In this document: one piece after another, positions 36,962-51,572 of the stretch
How positions within the stretch are numbered: the stretch's first letter is position 1
How the letters are laid out: the number at the start of each line of letters is the position of its first letter
Assembly (NCBI GenBank): GCA_038087875.1
Contig: CM075991.1
Location: forward strand, 9,860,001 to 9,924,000
Length of the DNA: 64,000 nt
Origin: Malacoraja senta
Lineage: Eukaryota
Reading direction: 5' to 3'
The notes under the pieces: generated by a model
What the model was told of the DNA's origin: nothing
Database searches by the model: none
What the model saw: the letters and a program-made list of their open reading frames with translations, nothing else
Made by a program: the position numbers and the translations under genes

Positions 36962-39900
36962 ATTGATCAGCCATGATTGAATGGCGGAGTAGACTTGATG
37001 AATGGGCCGAATGGCCTCATTCTGCTCCTCGAATTTATGAACTTCTGAACTTTATTTTCATTCTCCTCACAATTCCATTCTTTCCACCTCCCTCGACTCT
37101 TCCACTCAGCCACACGCCAGGAGCTATTTACAGCAGCCAATTAACCTACTGACCTGCGCGTCTTTGCGATGTGGGAGGAAACCGGAGCACTCAGGGGAAA
37201 CCCACTCAGCCACAGGAAGAGCGCGCAAACTCCACACAGGCAGGACCTGAGGTCAGGATTGAACCTGGGTCCCTGGAGCTGTGAGGCAGCCAGCCCTACG
37301 AGCTGTGCCACTGTGAATAGTGCCGGGTATCATTGCACTTTCACTATTTGATTGAGTATAATAATAAGATCAACAAGGGTTTTTTTTTGTGTAAACAACT
37401 CCTCTCTCATCTCCCTTAATAACAAATCGTATTAAGATGGTGCATTTCTTGTCACATTTTTGGAGAGAGATTTTCCCAGATGGAAATTTTCCACCACACT
37501 TACAGGTAATTGCAATTTTTAAAAAAAGTGACTGGGCATGAGAGATTGTTAATAACTGCACAACTAATCAAAAACAAAAAAAACCCGGCAGTTAGTGACT
37601 TCAACAAACCTAATTGCTCTGAGTAAATTGATCCCAGTGTGTAAGAAGATTGTCGAATGAGGGGTGGGAGGGTGGAGAAAATAACATTGCCTGAGTGTAG
37701 GATGGTTGGCATGGAAATGGTGGGCTGAAGGGCCTATTTCCATGCTGTACAACTCAATGACGCATTCTTTCTGGTCAAAGACATGTAGTCAAAAAGCGGT
37801 AGGAATTGAATCATTTGTTAAAACATAATAACATCTGAATTGGAATAGAAGTAGGCCAATTGGGTCCCTTGTGCCTGTTTTATCTTTTAGTAAGTTCACG
37901 GCTGATCTATCACCTCAGGAAGGCATTGTAGCGTAGCTGGTAGAGCTGCTGCCTCACAGCGCCGGAGCTGACCTCGGGTGCTGACTGTGTGGAGTTTGCA
38001 CGTTCTCCCTGTGAACGCATGGGCTTGCAACTCTGGAGTTTAGAAGGATGAGAGGGTGTCATTGAAACATATAAGATTATGAAGGGTTTGGACACGCTAG
38101 AGGCAGGAAACATGTTCCCGATGTTGGGTCCAGAACCAGGGGCCACAGTTTAAGAATAAGGGTTTAGAACGGAGACGAGGAAACACTTTTTCATACAGTT
38201 GTGAGTCTGTGGAATTCTCTGCCTCAGAGGGCGGTTCTCTTGATACTTTCAAGAGAGAGCTAGATAGGGCTCTTAAAAATAGCGGTCACAGGATATGGGG
38301 AGAAGGCAGGAACGGGGTACTGATTGGGGATGATCAGCCATGATCACATTGAATGGTTCGAAGGGCCGAATGGCCTACTCCTGCACTTATTGTCTATTGT
38401 CTATTGTCCTCCGGGTGCTCCGGTTTCCTCCCACATCCCAAAGACGTGCAGGTTTATAGGTTAATTGTCCCTCTGTGAATTGCTCCTAATGTGCAGGGAG
38501 TGAATGACAAAGTGGGATAACATTGAAGTCATGTGAACGGTTTATCGATGTTGGCATGGACACGGGCTGAAGGGATCGTTTCCATGCTGAAACTCTAAGC
38601 TAAACTAAACTCACTTCTGTTTCCCTGCACAAAACCCACTGTATATCCCTTCATTCCTTTAATATCTATTGATCTCAGCCATGAATCTATTCAGGATCTG
38701 AGCCACCACAGCACACTAGGGTAGATAATTCCCAAGATTCCAACACCTCCTGCTAAATAAATTATCCTAATTCACATTAATGAATGGCTTCTTATTTTGA
38801 CATTTTTCTTTTGCCAAAAATCCTCTCGGCAGCCATTTTAGGTTCCCTACCCAACGTCACACTGCAGTAAGTTTTAGTGTAGTTTTAGAGATACAGCATG
38901 GAAACAGGCCCTCCGGTTCCCTACCCAACGATCATCGATCACCCGGTCACTCCAGTTCTGTGCTATCCCATTTTCGCATCCGTTAAACCTACACTATCGG
39001 GGCAATTTACAGAGGGCCAATTAACCTGCAAACCTGCACGTCTTTGGGATGTGGGAGGAAACCGGAGCACCCGGAGGAAACCCACGCGTTCCCAGGGAGA
39101 ACATGCAACTGCACACAGGCAGCACCCGAGGTCAGGATCGAACCTGGGGTCTCCAGGGTTGCGAGGCAGCATTTCTACCAGCTGAACCACTGTGCCGTGG
39201 TTTCATTACATTTAAACAAAGAGTACTTTCTGTGCTAAAAAAACCCGTGTGCGCTCATTTTTCCAGTGCTTGAGAAGCTTGGGGAATCAGGTCTTATTCT
39301 TTGAACTAAAGTAATCTCAGTTTTAAGGATTAGCTGGAAAAATCATGTAACTCTTCAAACCTGTTCTCCATTATTAATTACATTTATTCTCTATCTCACC
39401 CCACCAAAATGTATCATTCTCAATCCCACATGTACCACCCAGATGGACACTTGAGCCGTGGAATTCTGGAGGTTCACAATTCCCTGAGCAAAGATATCTC
39501 CGCATTGTAGTCCTAAACCATTGTGCTGTGATTCTGAGACCATGGCCCTCAGTTTTAGACACCACTCAGGAGAAAATGCCTCTTCGCATCTGTGCTGTCA
39601 AGCCCAGTTAAAATTTTATAGATTTCAATGAGATCACCACTCATTCTTCTAAACTCCAGAGAACAGACTGTATTATTGCAGGCAATTTGTGCGGTATAAT
39701 TTGAAGTGTTGGGAAGCAAAGGCTGGAGCATAATGATAGTTTGGGATTTTGTTCTGAAAGGCTTAAAAAAATAAGCTGAGACGCAAGTTTTTTTTTTTGA
39801 GTTACAACTTGACTTGGAACCTTTTAAAGATTCATACACGGAGAACCGGGTGATATGGAACACCGGAGATTTTACTGCACATAGAGTCATAGAGCAACGA

Positions 39901-41127
39901 AACAGGCCCTTCAGCCCACCAAATCCATGCTAACTTTCAAGCAACAAATTACAGGGGCGGCAGAGCGGTAGAGTTGCTGCCTCACAGCGTCAGAGACCCG
40001 GGTTCAATTCTGACTGTGTGTGCTGTCTGTACGGAGTTTGTACATTCTCCCCGTGACCGCGTGGGTTTTCCCCGGGTGCTCCGGTTTCCTCCTGCACCCC
40101 CAAAGACGTAAAACTTGTCCCTGGTGTGTCGGTTAGTGGTAGTAGCTGATCGGTGCGGACAGGGTGGGCCAAAAGTGCCTGTTACCGAGCTGTATCTCTA
40201 AAACTAAAACTAAGTCTATGTTTTAATTTAATCACTCAGCGAAGGTCCTGATGTGATCAATATTTATTGCGACTACTTCTCTCTGGAGTCAAGAGTCAAC
40301 CACTTCGGTAAATCTAGAGTTACATTATGGCTGCATCAGTCACAGAGGGATCCTGTCTGTCAATTTTCCATCACAGATTCATAAGGTCATAAGTGATAGA
40401 AGCAGAATTAGGCCATTTGGCCCATCGTCTATTCCACCATTAAATCGTGGCTGATCTAATGCTACCCCCAACCCCATTCTCCTGCCTTCTCCCTACAACC
40501 CTTGACACCTGTATTAGTCTCTGTCAAGTATCTATCTATCTCTACCTTAATAATATCCATTGACTTGGCCAACACGGCCTTCAGTGGCAATAACTTCCAC
40601 AGATTCACCTCCCTTTACATACTCTGTTGTGCTGATGCAAAGCAAGAATTTCATTATCCTATCTGGGACACATGACAATAAAACTCTCTTGACTCTGACT
40701 AACGCCCGCTGAGTTCTTCCAGCACTTTGCGTTCTGTGCACATCTCCTTCCCAGGTGGATTTTTATTGCAATGTGACGGCACCTCTGATACAAACGTTTT
40801 GTTTCAGATACTTTTAACAGCTTTGAACTTACATTCTGTTGCTGCCAAGGTCGATTGTAAACTCAGGTGGCAAAAACAGAAAATGCTGGAAACACTTAGC
40901 CAATCAGGCATCATCTGTGGAGAGATAAAAACAATTAACGTTAACTCTGTGTCTCTTTCCACAGATGCTGACTGACCTGCTGAGTCTTTCCGGCATATTT
41001 TCTGTCAGATTACCACCGTCTGCATTTAAAACAAAAAATTATTTAAACTCAGATCATTGGATTAATTGTTCAGGCTTTTGGCTGTTCGTCCATACCCATG
41101 AAGTTTCGGATAATGTCCGTGTTGTAA

Positions 41128-41446
41128 AAGCCCTGCCCCACTGTACGAGTTCATTCCAAGAGTTCTCCCGAGTTTGCCCCGATTCGAACTCGGAGATTTA
41201 CGGTAATGGCCACTCGCAGGTACTCGGGGCTCTCGTGGACTTTTTTCAACATGTTGAAAAATCTTCACGAGTCTTCCCGAGCTTACCGCGTTTCCCGAGT
41301 ACCTGCCGTTAGCGTTACGAGCCGCTAAGAGACGTCCCCGTGCTCCAACGTACCCGCTGCGTTCATTCTCCGTGCTTACCACGAGTTTGATTTTTTTTTT
41401 AACTCGGGAGAGCTCTTGAATTACCTCGTACAGTGGGACAGGGCCA
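41128..41446. mobile_element. Harbinger-like MITE
   Basis: Same TIR family; flanks TAA/TTA. Confidence 0.85.
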
Positions 41447-44400
41447 TTATGATGCTTTGCACAATTGAAGGGCAGCATGGTGGCGTAGCGGTAGAGTTGC
41501 TGCCTTACAGCACCAGAGACCCGGGTTCAATCCTGACTGCGGGTGCTGTCTGTACGCAGTTTGTACGTTCTCCCTGTGACCTGAGTGGTTTTCTCCGGGA
41601 TCTCCGGTTTTTTCCCACACTCCAAAGACGTAGAGGTTTGTAGGTTAATTGGCTTTGGTATAATTGTAAATTGTCCCTAGTGTGTGTAGGATTGTGTAAG
41701 TGTGCGGGGATCGCTGGACGGCGCAGGCTCGGTGGGCCAAAGAGTTTACGCGCTGTATCTCTGAACGAAACAAATAAAGATGGTGGCACTCACTACCAAC
41801 AGAAGAATGGTCACAGCGTGTCGATGCACAGCCTGAGAAACCGACCCATAGTGAGTGCTTACAGCGAGGGAGGCCAGAAAAGCAGAAAGGAAAGTTGCCA
41901 GTCTGAAGAAGGGTTTCGGCCCGAAACGTTGCCTATTTCCTTCGCTCCATAAATGCTGCTGCACCCGCTGAGTTTCTCCAGCATTTTCGTGTACCGAGGA
42001 AAGTTGCAAGGCCAAAAAGACACAATCGCTGCTTTGAGCAGTGTAAAACCTGAAATACTTTAAGCCCCACAGTCAATCAATCCTATCAGGTTGCCTGGAA
42101 ACAGTTTCCTGATCTTTGCTTTCTAGGGGTTAGAGGGAGGGATGGGGGAGCGGGGGAGGGGGGGGGGAAGTGAGGGCAGAAAGAGACGGATCACCCTCTC
42201 TCCGCACATTCCTCAGCCAGCCATGGACCTTCCCCGAGTCCCGGAAGGGGTTAAATGTGGTTACCCATTTTCCACCTCTCTAATTTCCCACTGGAGCTCA
42301 GCAACAATTGTGTCGCAGTGCTCCATCTGCAAGCTGTATGTTGCAGAGGCAGTAATTTATTAGGACAATGGACCCAAGGAGCAGAACAGCACTAAACCCT
42401 CCCCCCTCCCTCCTCCCCTCACCTCAAGCGCCACATGCTCATGCTCTGGGGAGCCCTTTATCACCACTAGCTCTCCTGCAAGCATCTCAAACAGAATGAT
42501 GAACACTTTCTGATGATGTAATTGCCACTGGCATTTCCTCTTGCTGGTGAATTATTAAATTACTTGCAAGGATATATTTCTCAGTAACATTAAAATCACC
42601 ACCTGGAGAATTGTTGGAAATTGTTAGCAAGTCTTAATGAATAGTCTTCTCTTACTTGGCTTTTCGTTCATCTTTTTCCTCCGAAGTTGGAGCAACTTTT
42701 AAGTCCCGTGCAAAAAAAAAAAAAAAAAATGGCTTAACACTTCAGGAATTTGCCGTTTCCACAGGAAGCCTTGGATTCTGGCGGAGGATTTTATTTTTTT
42801 GGAAAAGGGAGGAGTTTTTATATTGTTGGTGCGCTGAGATGCAGGATTGTTGCGAAAGGAACGAGAGGCCCTGGGGCCGAACTCCGATTGGCATTTTGTG
42901 CAGGAGAATTTGAGGCTCCAACCTTGGGCTGGGTTTTGGCCGAGGGTCTCGACCCGAAACGTTGCCTATTTCCTTCGCTCCATAGATTCATGATTACCAT
43001 CGAGCCATCCACATTGTGCAGATACATGATAAAGGGAACAACGTTTAGTGCAAGGTAAAGCCAGCAAAGTCCGTTCAAAGATAGCCCGATAGCAGTTCAG
43101 GACCGATCTCTAGTTGTCGTAGGTAGACAAAAAATGCTGGAGAAACTCTGCGGGTGAGGCAGCATTTATGGAGAGAAGGAATCGGCGACGTTTCGGGTCG
43201 AGACCCTTCTTCAAGTCAAGTCAAGAGAGTTTATTGTCATGTGTTCCTGACAGGACAATGAAATTCTTGCTTTGCTTCAGCACAACAGAACATAGTAGGC
43301 ATTTACTACGTAATATACACACATGAATAAATAAACTGATAAAGTCCAAATAACAGATAATGGGCTATTAATGTTCAGAGTTTTGTCCGAGCCAAGTTTA
43401 ATAGCCTGATGGCTGTGGGGAAGTAGCTATTCCTGAACCTGGTCGTTGCAGTCTTCAGGCTCCTGTACCTTCTACCTGAAGGTAGTGGAGAGATGAGTGC
43501 GTGGCCAGGATGGTGTGGGTCCTTGATGATGCTGCCAGCCTTTTTGAGGCAGCGACTGTGATCTAGTTGTCGTAGGATGGTTCAGTTGCCTTATAACAGC
43601 CGGGAAGAAACTGGCCCTGAATCTGGAGATCACAGTTTCACATTTCTATACCTTTTGCCCGATGGGAAAAGCTATCCCAGGAATGATCCCCGGAATTAGA
43701 TCTTTTTCCAATGAATGCTCACGGAACAGTGCCATACAGGGGTCCAGGTCAGGGGTCAGGGGGCAAAGGCAGGAGCATGGGGTTGAGAGGGAAAAATGGA
43801 TCAGCTCTGGTGGAATGGCAGAATAGATTTGATGGGCCGAATGGCCTAGTTCCGCTCCTAGAACTTAGAACGTAGGTCTTATGAACATGTGAACTGCAGT
43901 ACAATCAAGATGGGAGCTTGGTGACGCTACAATCCTTGCTCAGATGCTAACATACTTTCATATATCTGAAGAAGCGTCTCGGCCCGAAACGTCGCCTATT
44001 CCTTCTCTCCATAGATGCTGCCTCACCCGCTGAGTTTCTCCATCATTTTTTGTCCACCTTCGATTTTTTCCAGCATCTGCATCATTAATGTCTTATTATT
44101 AGTAATGTTTAGTGTTTTCTGAGTCATTCGTAACTGTCACTGTATGTCATGTTGTTACTTGTGGGCGGAGCACCAAGGCAAATTCCTTGTATGTGAATAC
44201 TTGGCCAATAAATGTACTTACTTACTTACTTACTTACTTCTTAAACATCTCGGCAAGTTAAGTCACAAAGAGCCACAGACCAACTGCTGGTATAAGGCGA
44301 GTGGTACAGACGGATATCTGACAGTTTCTCTGCTGGTTTCTCTGCTGTCTGGATCATGCCTCCATGATGCTTCCTGCCGGGTTCTCTGTCATAGATGCTC

Positions 44401-45149
44401 ACATGCCCCATTTCCACACCCTCAGTCAGCCATAACTCACCGAGTACCGTTCTTGACCTGTGTGTGTGTAACCAGTGCTTTGTGTTCTTCCTGTTGTCTA
44501 TATTTGATGAGGTGAGGATCCAGGCATCGAGCTTCTTTTTTTGTCCGAGGACCCTTGTTAGCATTGAAAATCTTCCTCTCATAGTCATACAGTGTGGAAC
44601 CAGGCCCTTCAGCCCAACTTGCCCACGCCGACCAACATGTCCCATCTGCACTAGTCCCACCTGCCTGCGTTTGCCCAAATCCCACTAAACATGCCCTATC
44701 CATGTACCTGTTTCTTAAACGTTGTGGTAATACCTGCCTCAACGACCTCCTCCGGCAGCTCGTTCCATACGCTCGCCACCCTGGTTCTGTGCTTCCGACG
44801 TCTTGTGAATTTTTGGATCAGTTGTTTATGTTGCTTGGTGCTGACAAAGTAATGAAGCTAATTATGTAAGTCTCCTGTCAGCAGTAAATTGCTGGCTGCA
44901 GTTTCCATGGGTAGATTTAAAGGTACTTGGAAAATATAACTGGGTCTCTACATTCCCTGTAATCCACCACCATGGCAGTGGATTAAGAGCTGGTCTGACC
45001 CGCGAGATGCAGCCAAACAGCGGGCGAAGGTAAGGCAGAGATACGACCATGGGCAACAGGAGGCTATTTAATTAAGTTTAGTTTAGTTTAGAGATACAGC
45101 GCGGAAACAGGCCCTTCGTCCCACCGAGTCCACAACGACCAGCGATCCC

Positions 45150-45283
45150 CGGGGGTGGGAGATTGCAACCTTCACGTGGTTCGCCGAATGCAATCAGCCT
45201 GGCGTGCACAATCAAATAAGATCAAATAGACCAAGTTGCCCTACAACTTTAGGCTGTGCACGCCATACGCAAGAGGAAGAAGA
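45150..45283 (+). mobile_element. Short retroposed insert (non-LTR 3' end with GAA tail) inside a reverse V-SINE
   Basis: Ends ...GCTGTGCACGCCATACGCAAGAGGAAGAAGA; 9-bp TSD AGCGATCCC (45141-45149, 45284-45292). Confidence 0.7.
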
Positions 45284-46406
45284 AGCGATCCCTGCACACT
45301 AACACTATCCTACACCCGCCAGGGACAATGTACACAAACACCAAGCCAAATAACTTACACACCTGGAGTGTGGAAGGAAACCGAAGATCTCGGAGAAAAC
45401 CCACGCGGTCACGGGGAGAACGTAGAAACTCCGTACAGGCAGCCCCCGTAGTCGGGATCCAACCCGGGTCTCCGGCGCTGCAAGCGCTGCAAGGCAGCAA
45501 CTCTACCGCTGCGCCACCGTGCCGCCCCACGTTGAACAAAGTTTGAACGATTTTACATTTACACCAAGCCAATTAACCTGCAAAAATTTTTTTATCCAGA
45601 GTTGTAAATCTGTGGAATTCTCTGCCACAGAAGGCAGTGGAGGCCAATTCACTGGATGTTTTCAAGCGAGAGTGACGGGTTAGCATGCAACAAAAGCTTT
45701 TCACTGTATCTCACGTGGCAATAAACTAAACCGAACAGATCTTAGATTGGCATTAATAAGGCATGGGTGACTTTTCGGGTCGAGACCCTTCATCAGACTG
45801 GATGAGGGTCACGATCGAAAAAACACCCATTCCTTTTCTCCAGAGGTGCTGCCTGTCCCGCTGACTTACTCCAACTTTTTGTGTCTATCTTCGGTCTGAA
45901 CCTATTATATTTTATATATATAGAAACATAGAAACATAGAAATTAGGTGCAGGAGTAGGCCATTCGGCCCTTCGAGCCTGCACCGCCATTCAATATGATC
46001 ATGGCTGATCATCCAACTCAGTATCCCGTACCTGCCTTCTCTCCATACCCTCTGATCCCTTTAGCCACAAGGGCCACATCTAACTCCCTCTTAAATATAG
46101 CCAATGAACTGGCCTCGACTACCCTCTGTGGCAGAGAGTTCCAGAGATTCACCACTCTCTGTGTGAAAAAAGATCTTCTCATCTCGGTTTTAAAGGATTT
46201 CCCCCTTATCCTTAAGATGTGACCCCTTGTCCTGGACTTCCCCAACATCGGGAGCAATCTTCCTGCATCTAGCCTGTCCAACCCCTTGTGTCATCACCTG
46301 TGTTGGTATTATCTAACAAAACTTTAGTTCTATTTTCTACCTGTCAAGCCCGCAACTGTTGGCTGGCATTGAGGTATTCCAGGGGCTAATATTGTTCAAC
46401 GTGTGA

Positions 46407-46583
46407 CGGGCCTGTCCCGCTTGGCGATTTTGAACATTTCAAAATCCAGCGGCGACAAAAAAAACGTTGCGACACTTGAGGAAACACCGCGCGTCAATAC
46501 GTCGTCACCCCGCGACTTTCTCGGTGACCTGACACCGATGATGCCGACAGTCGCCGAAAAAATCGCCAAGTGGGACAGGCCCT
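46407..46583. mobile_element. Harbinger-like MITE, third subfamily (177 bp)
   Basis: CGGGCCTGTCCCGCTTGGCGATTTT / AAAATCGCCAAGTGGGACAGGCCCT; flanks TGA/TTA. Confidence 0.75.
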
Positions 46584-46839
46584 TTAAGCACAGAAGTTCA
46601 CTGCAAATCTGATCATTGCAAGCTATAAATGCCAAAATGATTGGGGATTTTGGCGATACCAGGCCACCGGTCTGGTAAAGGTACACCACCGATCCTCCGG
46701 CAACTGATAGTCCGACACCTCCTTTGATCCGGACAAAATTCCGAGCGCTTTTGGAATGTGTGCCTCTGTCCTGAAACAGTTGATTGTTGACTTCTTTGTT
46801 AATTGTTAATTCCTTATCTTTCTGGAGCTAATCTGGTGA

Positions 46840-46974
<135 letters not shown>

Positions 46975-47023
46975 TAAATTAGAGCATGCATGCAATGTGT
47001 GGAGCTCTGAGCATAACATAGCA

Positions 47024-47059
47024 GGGTCTGATGAAGGGTCTCGACCCGAAACGTCACCT
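47024..47059 (+). ncRNA. Minimal type I hammerhead ribozyme motif (Penelope pLTR-derived)
   Basis: GGGT-CTGATGA-A-GGGT(CTCG)ACCC-GAAA-CGTC|ACCT: CUGAUGA and GAAA boxes, stem II, loop-less palindromic stem III (ACGU), GUC triplet, short stem I. There is one extra A after the CUGAUGA box. Activity untested. Confidence 0.6.
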
Positions 47060-47134
47060 ATCCATGTTCTCCAGAGATGCTGCCTGATCTGCTGAATTAC
47101 TCCAGCACTTTGTGTCTGTCCCTCACAAGATGTC

Positions 47135-47960
<826 letters not shown>

Positions 47961-50403
47961 CTCAGTATCAGTTTGCATAAGCTGGGAGAGCAAGCATTAA
48001 ACCATATAACCTGATCAGAGCGACTGGGTGGGGGAGATGTGCATTTTATTTCCCTTTGCATTAAGCAAAGTGTTATTCTCACAATGCCGATCCACAGAGA
48101 AGAGGTTTGTTTCAATCACAGAGGCTAATTAAGAAGCCTTTGAGGACCAGCACCTGTGTGTTTCAGCACCGCGGACAGTTCTGCCCTGCAAGTCATTGCC
48201 AGCATAGACATCAAATGTTGGAGTAACTCAGCGGGTCAGGCAGCATCTCTGGACAAAAGGAATACGCAACGTTTTGGGTTGAGATCCGTCTTCAGGAAGA
48301 GTCTCGACCCGAAACGTCACCTATTCCTATTCCTATCCCTTCTCTCCAGAGATGCTGCCTGACCCGCTGAGTTGCTCCAGCTTTTTGTGTCTATCTTCGG
48401 TAGACAGTGGCATAGATAGGTTAGACAGTCACATAGATACGGTAGACAGTCAGAACCTTTTCCCAGGGTGGAAATGTCCAACACTAGTGGGCACAGCTAT
48501 GAGGTGAGAAGGGGAATGTTCAATGGAGATTTGTGGGGCAAGTTATTTTACACAGAGAGTGGTGGGGGCCTGGAAGGCATTGCCTGGGTAGTGGTGGAAG
48601 CAGATAGTGGCTTTTAAGAGACTTTTAAATAGGTATATGGAATAGAGGGATATGGATCATGTACAGGCAGATGAGATCAGTTCTAGTTGACATCTTGTTT
48701 GGCACAAACATTGTGGGCCGAAGGGCCTTGATCCTGCTGTATTATTCTATATTCTATGTTGTATGTTCTAATTTTTAAGCAAAGAAGGAAAGTCATTCTG
48801 TCTTGTAAACTCTATTTTGAAACAAAGAAACATAGAAAATAGGTGCAGGAGGAGGCCATTCGGCCCTTCAAGCCAGCACCGCCATTCATTGTGATCATGG
48901 CTGATCGTCCCCTATCGATAACCCGTGCCTGCCTTCTCCCCATATCCCTTGATTCCACTAGCCCCTGGAGGTCTATCTAACTCTCTCTTAAATCCACCCA
49001 GTGGTCTCCACTGCCCTCTGTGGCAGGGAATTCCACAAATTCACAACTCTCTGGGTGAAAACGTTTTTTCTCACCTCAGTCTTAAATGGCCTCCCCTTTA
49101 TTCTACGACTGTGGCCCCTGGTTCTGGTCTCGCCCAACATTGGGAACATTTTTCCTGCATCCAGCTTGTCCAGTCCTTTTATAATTTTATATGTTTCTAT
49201 AAGATTCCCCCTCATCCTTCTAAACTCCAGTGAATACAAGCCCAGTCTTTTCAATCTTTCCTCATATGACAGTCCCGCCATCCCAGGGATCAATTTCGTG
49301 AACCTACGCTGCACTGCCTCAATCACAAGGATGTCCTTCCTCAAATTAGGAGACCAAAACTGTACACTGTGTTGTAGAGCAGAGGGATCTAGGGGTGCAG
49401 GAACATAGTCCCTTGAAAGTGGGATCACAGGTAGATAGGGTGGTCAATAAGGCTTTCGGTACATTAGCCTTCATCAGTCAGAGTATTGAGTATAGAAGTT
49501 GGGAGGTCACGTTGCAGTTATATAAGACGTTGTTGAGGCCACGTTTAAAGTATTGTGTTCAGTTTTGGGCACCATGTTATAGGAAAGATGTTGTGAAACT
49601 GGAAAAGACTTACGAGGATGTTGCCAGGGCCCCGGAAGATGAGCGGGTTAGGAATCTATTCCTTGGAGGGCAGGAGGATGAGGTGTGATCTTATAGAGAT
49701 GTAGAAAATCATGAGAGGAATAGATCAGGTAAACGCAGAGAGTCTCTTGCTCAGAGTACGGAATTGAGGACCAGAGGACATAGGTTTAGGGTGAAGAGGA
49801 AAAGATTTAATAGGAACCTGAGGGGTAACTATTTTACATAAAGGGTGGTGAATATATGGAACGAACTGCCAGAGGATGTAGTTGAGGCAGGTATTATTGC
49901 AATGTTTAAGAAACATTTAGACAGGTACATGGATAGGATAGGTTTGGTGGGATATGGGTCAAATGCAGGCAGGGAGGGATAGTTTAAATGGGACATGTTG
50001 GCCAGAATATTTATTTGCTGCCCTACACTCCCATACAGGTCTAAATATGTTCTGGGTAATACTTTTAACACTAGTGACTGAATATGAATTGTGTCACAGA
50101 ATGGCTGAATCATGGTCACAGATTGGTGACTATACACAATGTAACTATGGTGTTCTAAAGCCACCGCCCTCAGTCCGATTCTCATCTCATTTTCTTCCCA
50201 CTCTGATCCCACGATTTAAATCTGAGGTGAGGTAGACAGAGGTGAGAAAAAGCTTTTTCACCCAGAGAGTTGTGAATTTGTGGAATTCCCTGCCACAGAG
50301 GGCAGTGGAGGCCAAGTCACTGGATGGATTTAAGAGAGAGTTAGGGGCTAGTGGAATCAAGGGATATGGGGAGAAGGCAGGCACGGGTTATTGATTGGGG
50401 ACG

Positions 50404-50603
50404 NNNNNNNNNNNNNNNNNNNNNNNNNNNNNNNNNNNNNNNNNNNNNNNNNNNNNNNNNNNNNNNNNNNNNNNNNNNNNNNNNNNNNNNNNNNNNNNNN
50501 NNNNNNNNNNNNNNNNNNNNNNNNNNNNNNNNNNNNNNNNNNNNNNNNNNNNNNNNNNNNNNNNNNNNNNNNNNNNNNNNNNNNNNNNNNNNNNNNNNNN
50601 NNN
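50404..50603. other. Assembly gap (200 N)
   Basis: Run of exactly 200 N that interrupts a CR1 3' tail. Confidence 0.99.
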
Positions 50604-50624
50604 ATGCATGCCTCAGTCCATTAA

Positions 50625-51528
50625 TGTGTGGGAAGGAACTGCTGAGGCTGGTTTAAACCGAAGATAGACACAAAAAGCTGGAGTAACTGAGCGGGACAGG
50701 CAGCATCTCAGGAGAGAAGGAATGGGTGACGTTTCGGGTCGAGACCCTTCTTCAGACTGAAAGTCACGGGGAAGGGAAAGAAGAGACATAGAAGATGATG
50801 TAGAGAGATAAAGAACAAGGAATGAAAGATATACAAAAAAGTAGCAGGTAGACAAAAGTGCTGGAGAAACTCAGCGAGTGCAGCAGCATCTATGGAGCGA
50901 AGGAAATAGGCAACGTTTCGGCCTAAACCCTTCTTCAGACCCTTCTTCAAAAGTAGCGATGATAAAGGAAACAGACCATTGGTAGCTGTCTGTAGGGTGA
51001 AAATGAGAAGCTGGTGTGACTTCAGTGAGGGAGGGATAGAGTGAGAGGGAATGCCGGGGTTACTTGAAGTTTGAGGAATCAATATTCATACCACTGGGCT
51101 GTAAGCTATCGAAGGGAAATATGAGATGCTGTTCCTCCAATTTGCGTTTAGCCTCACTCTGACAATGGAGGAGACCTGGGACAGAAAGGTCAGTGTGGGA
51201 ATGGGAAGGGGAATTAAAGTGTTTAAGAAGGAACTGCAGATGCTGGAAAATCGACGGTAGACAAAAATGCTGGCGAAACTCAGCGGGTGCAGCAGCATCT
51301 ATGGAGCGAAGGAAATAGGCAACGTTTCGGTCCGAAACCCTTCTTCAGACTGAAGGAAATAGGCAACGTTTCGGGCCGAAACCCTTCTTCAGACAGGAGA
51401 ATTAAAGTGTTTAGCAACCGGGAGATCAGGCGGAATCAGCGAAGTGATCGTCCAGTCTACGTTTGGTCTCGCCGATGTAGAGTCCACACCTTGAACAACC
51501 GATACAGCAGGTGAGGTTGGAGGAGGTG
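50625..51528 (-). mobile_element. Older Penelope-like fragment with younger pLTR pieces nested in it
   Basis: Minus-strand [29 protein letters not shown], degenerate C-terminus and pLTR; younger pLTR inserts at about 50846-50950 and 51219-51393. Confidence 0.75.
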
Positions 51529-51572
51529 CTCAGTCCCATTAACCCTGGTCTTGCTCTGTTTCTACCGGGCAG

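Noticed and set aside
46675..46750. Possible Tigger/pogo-like MITE remnant (also about 59155-59230)
   Set aside because: Only a vague resemblance; no partner TIR or TA duplication found.
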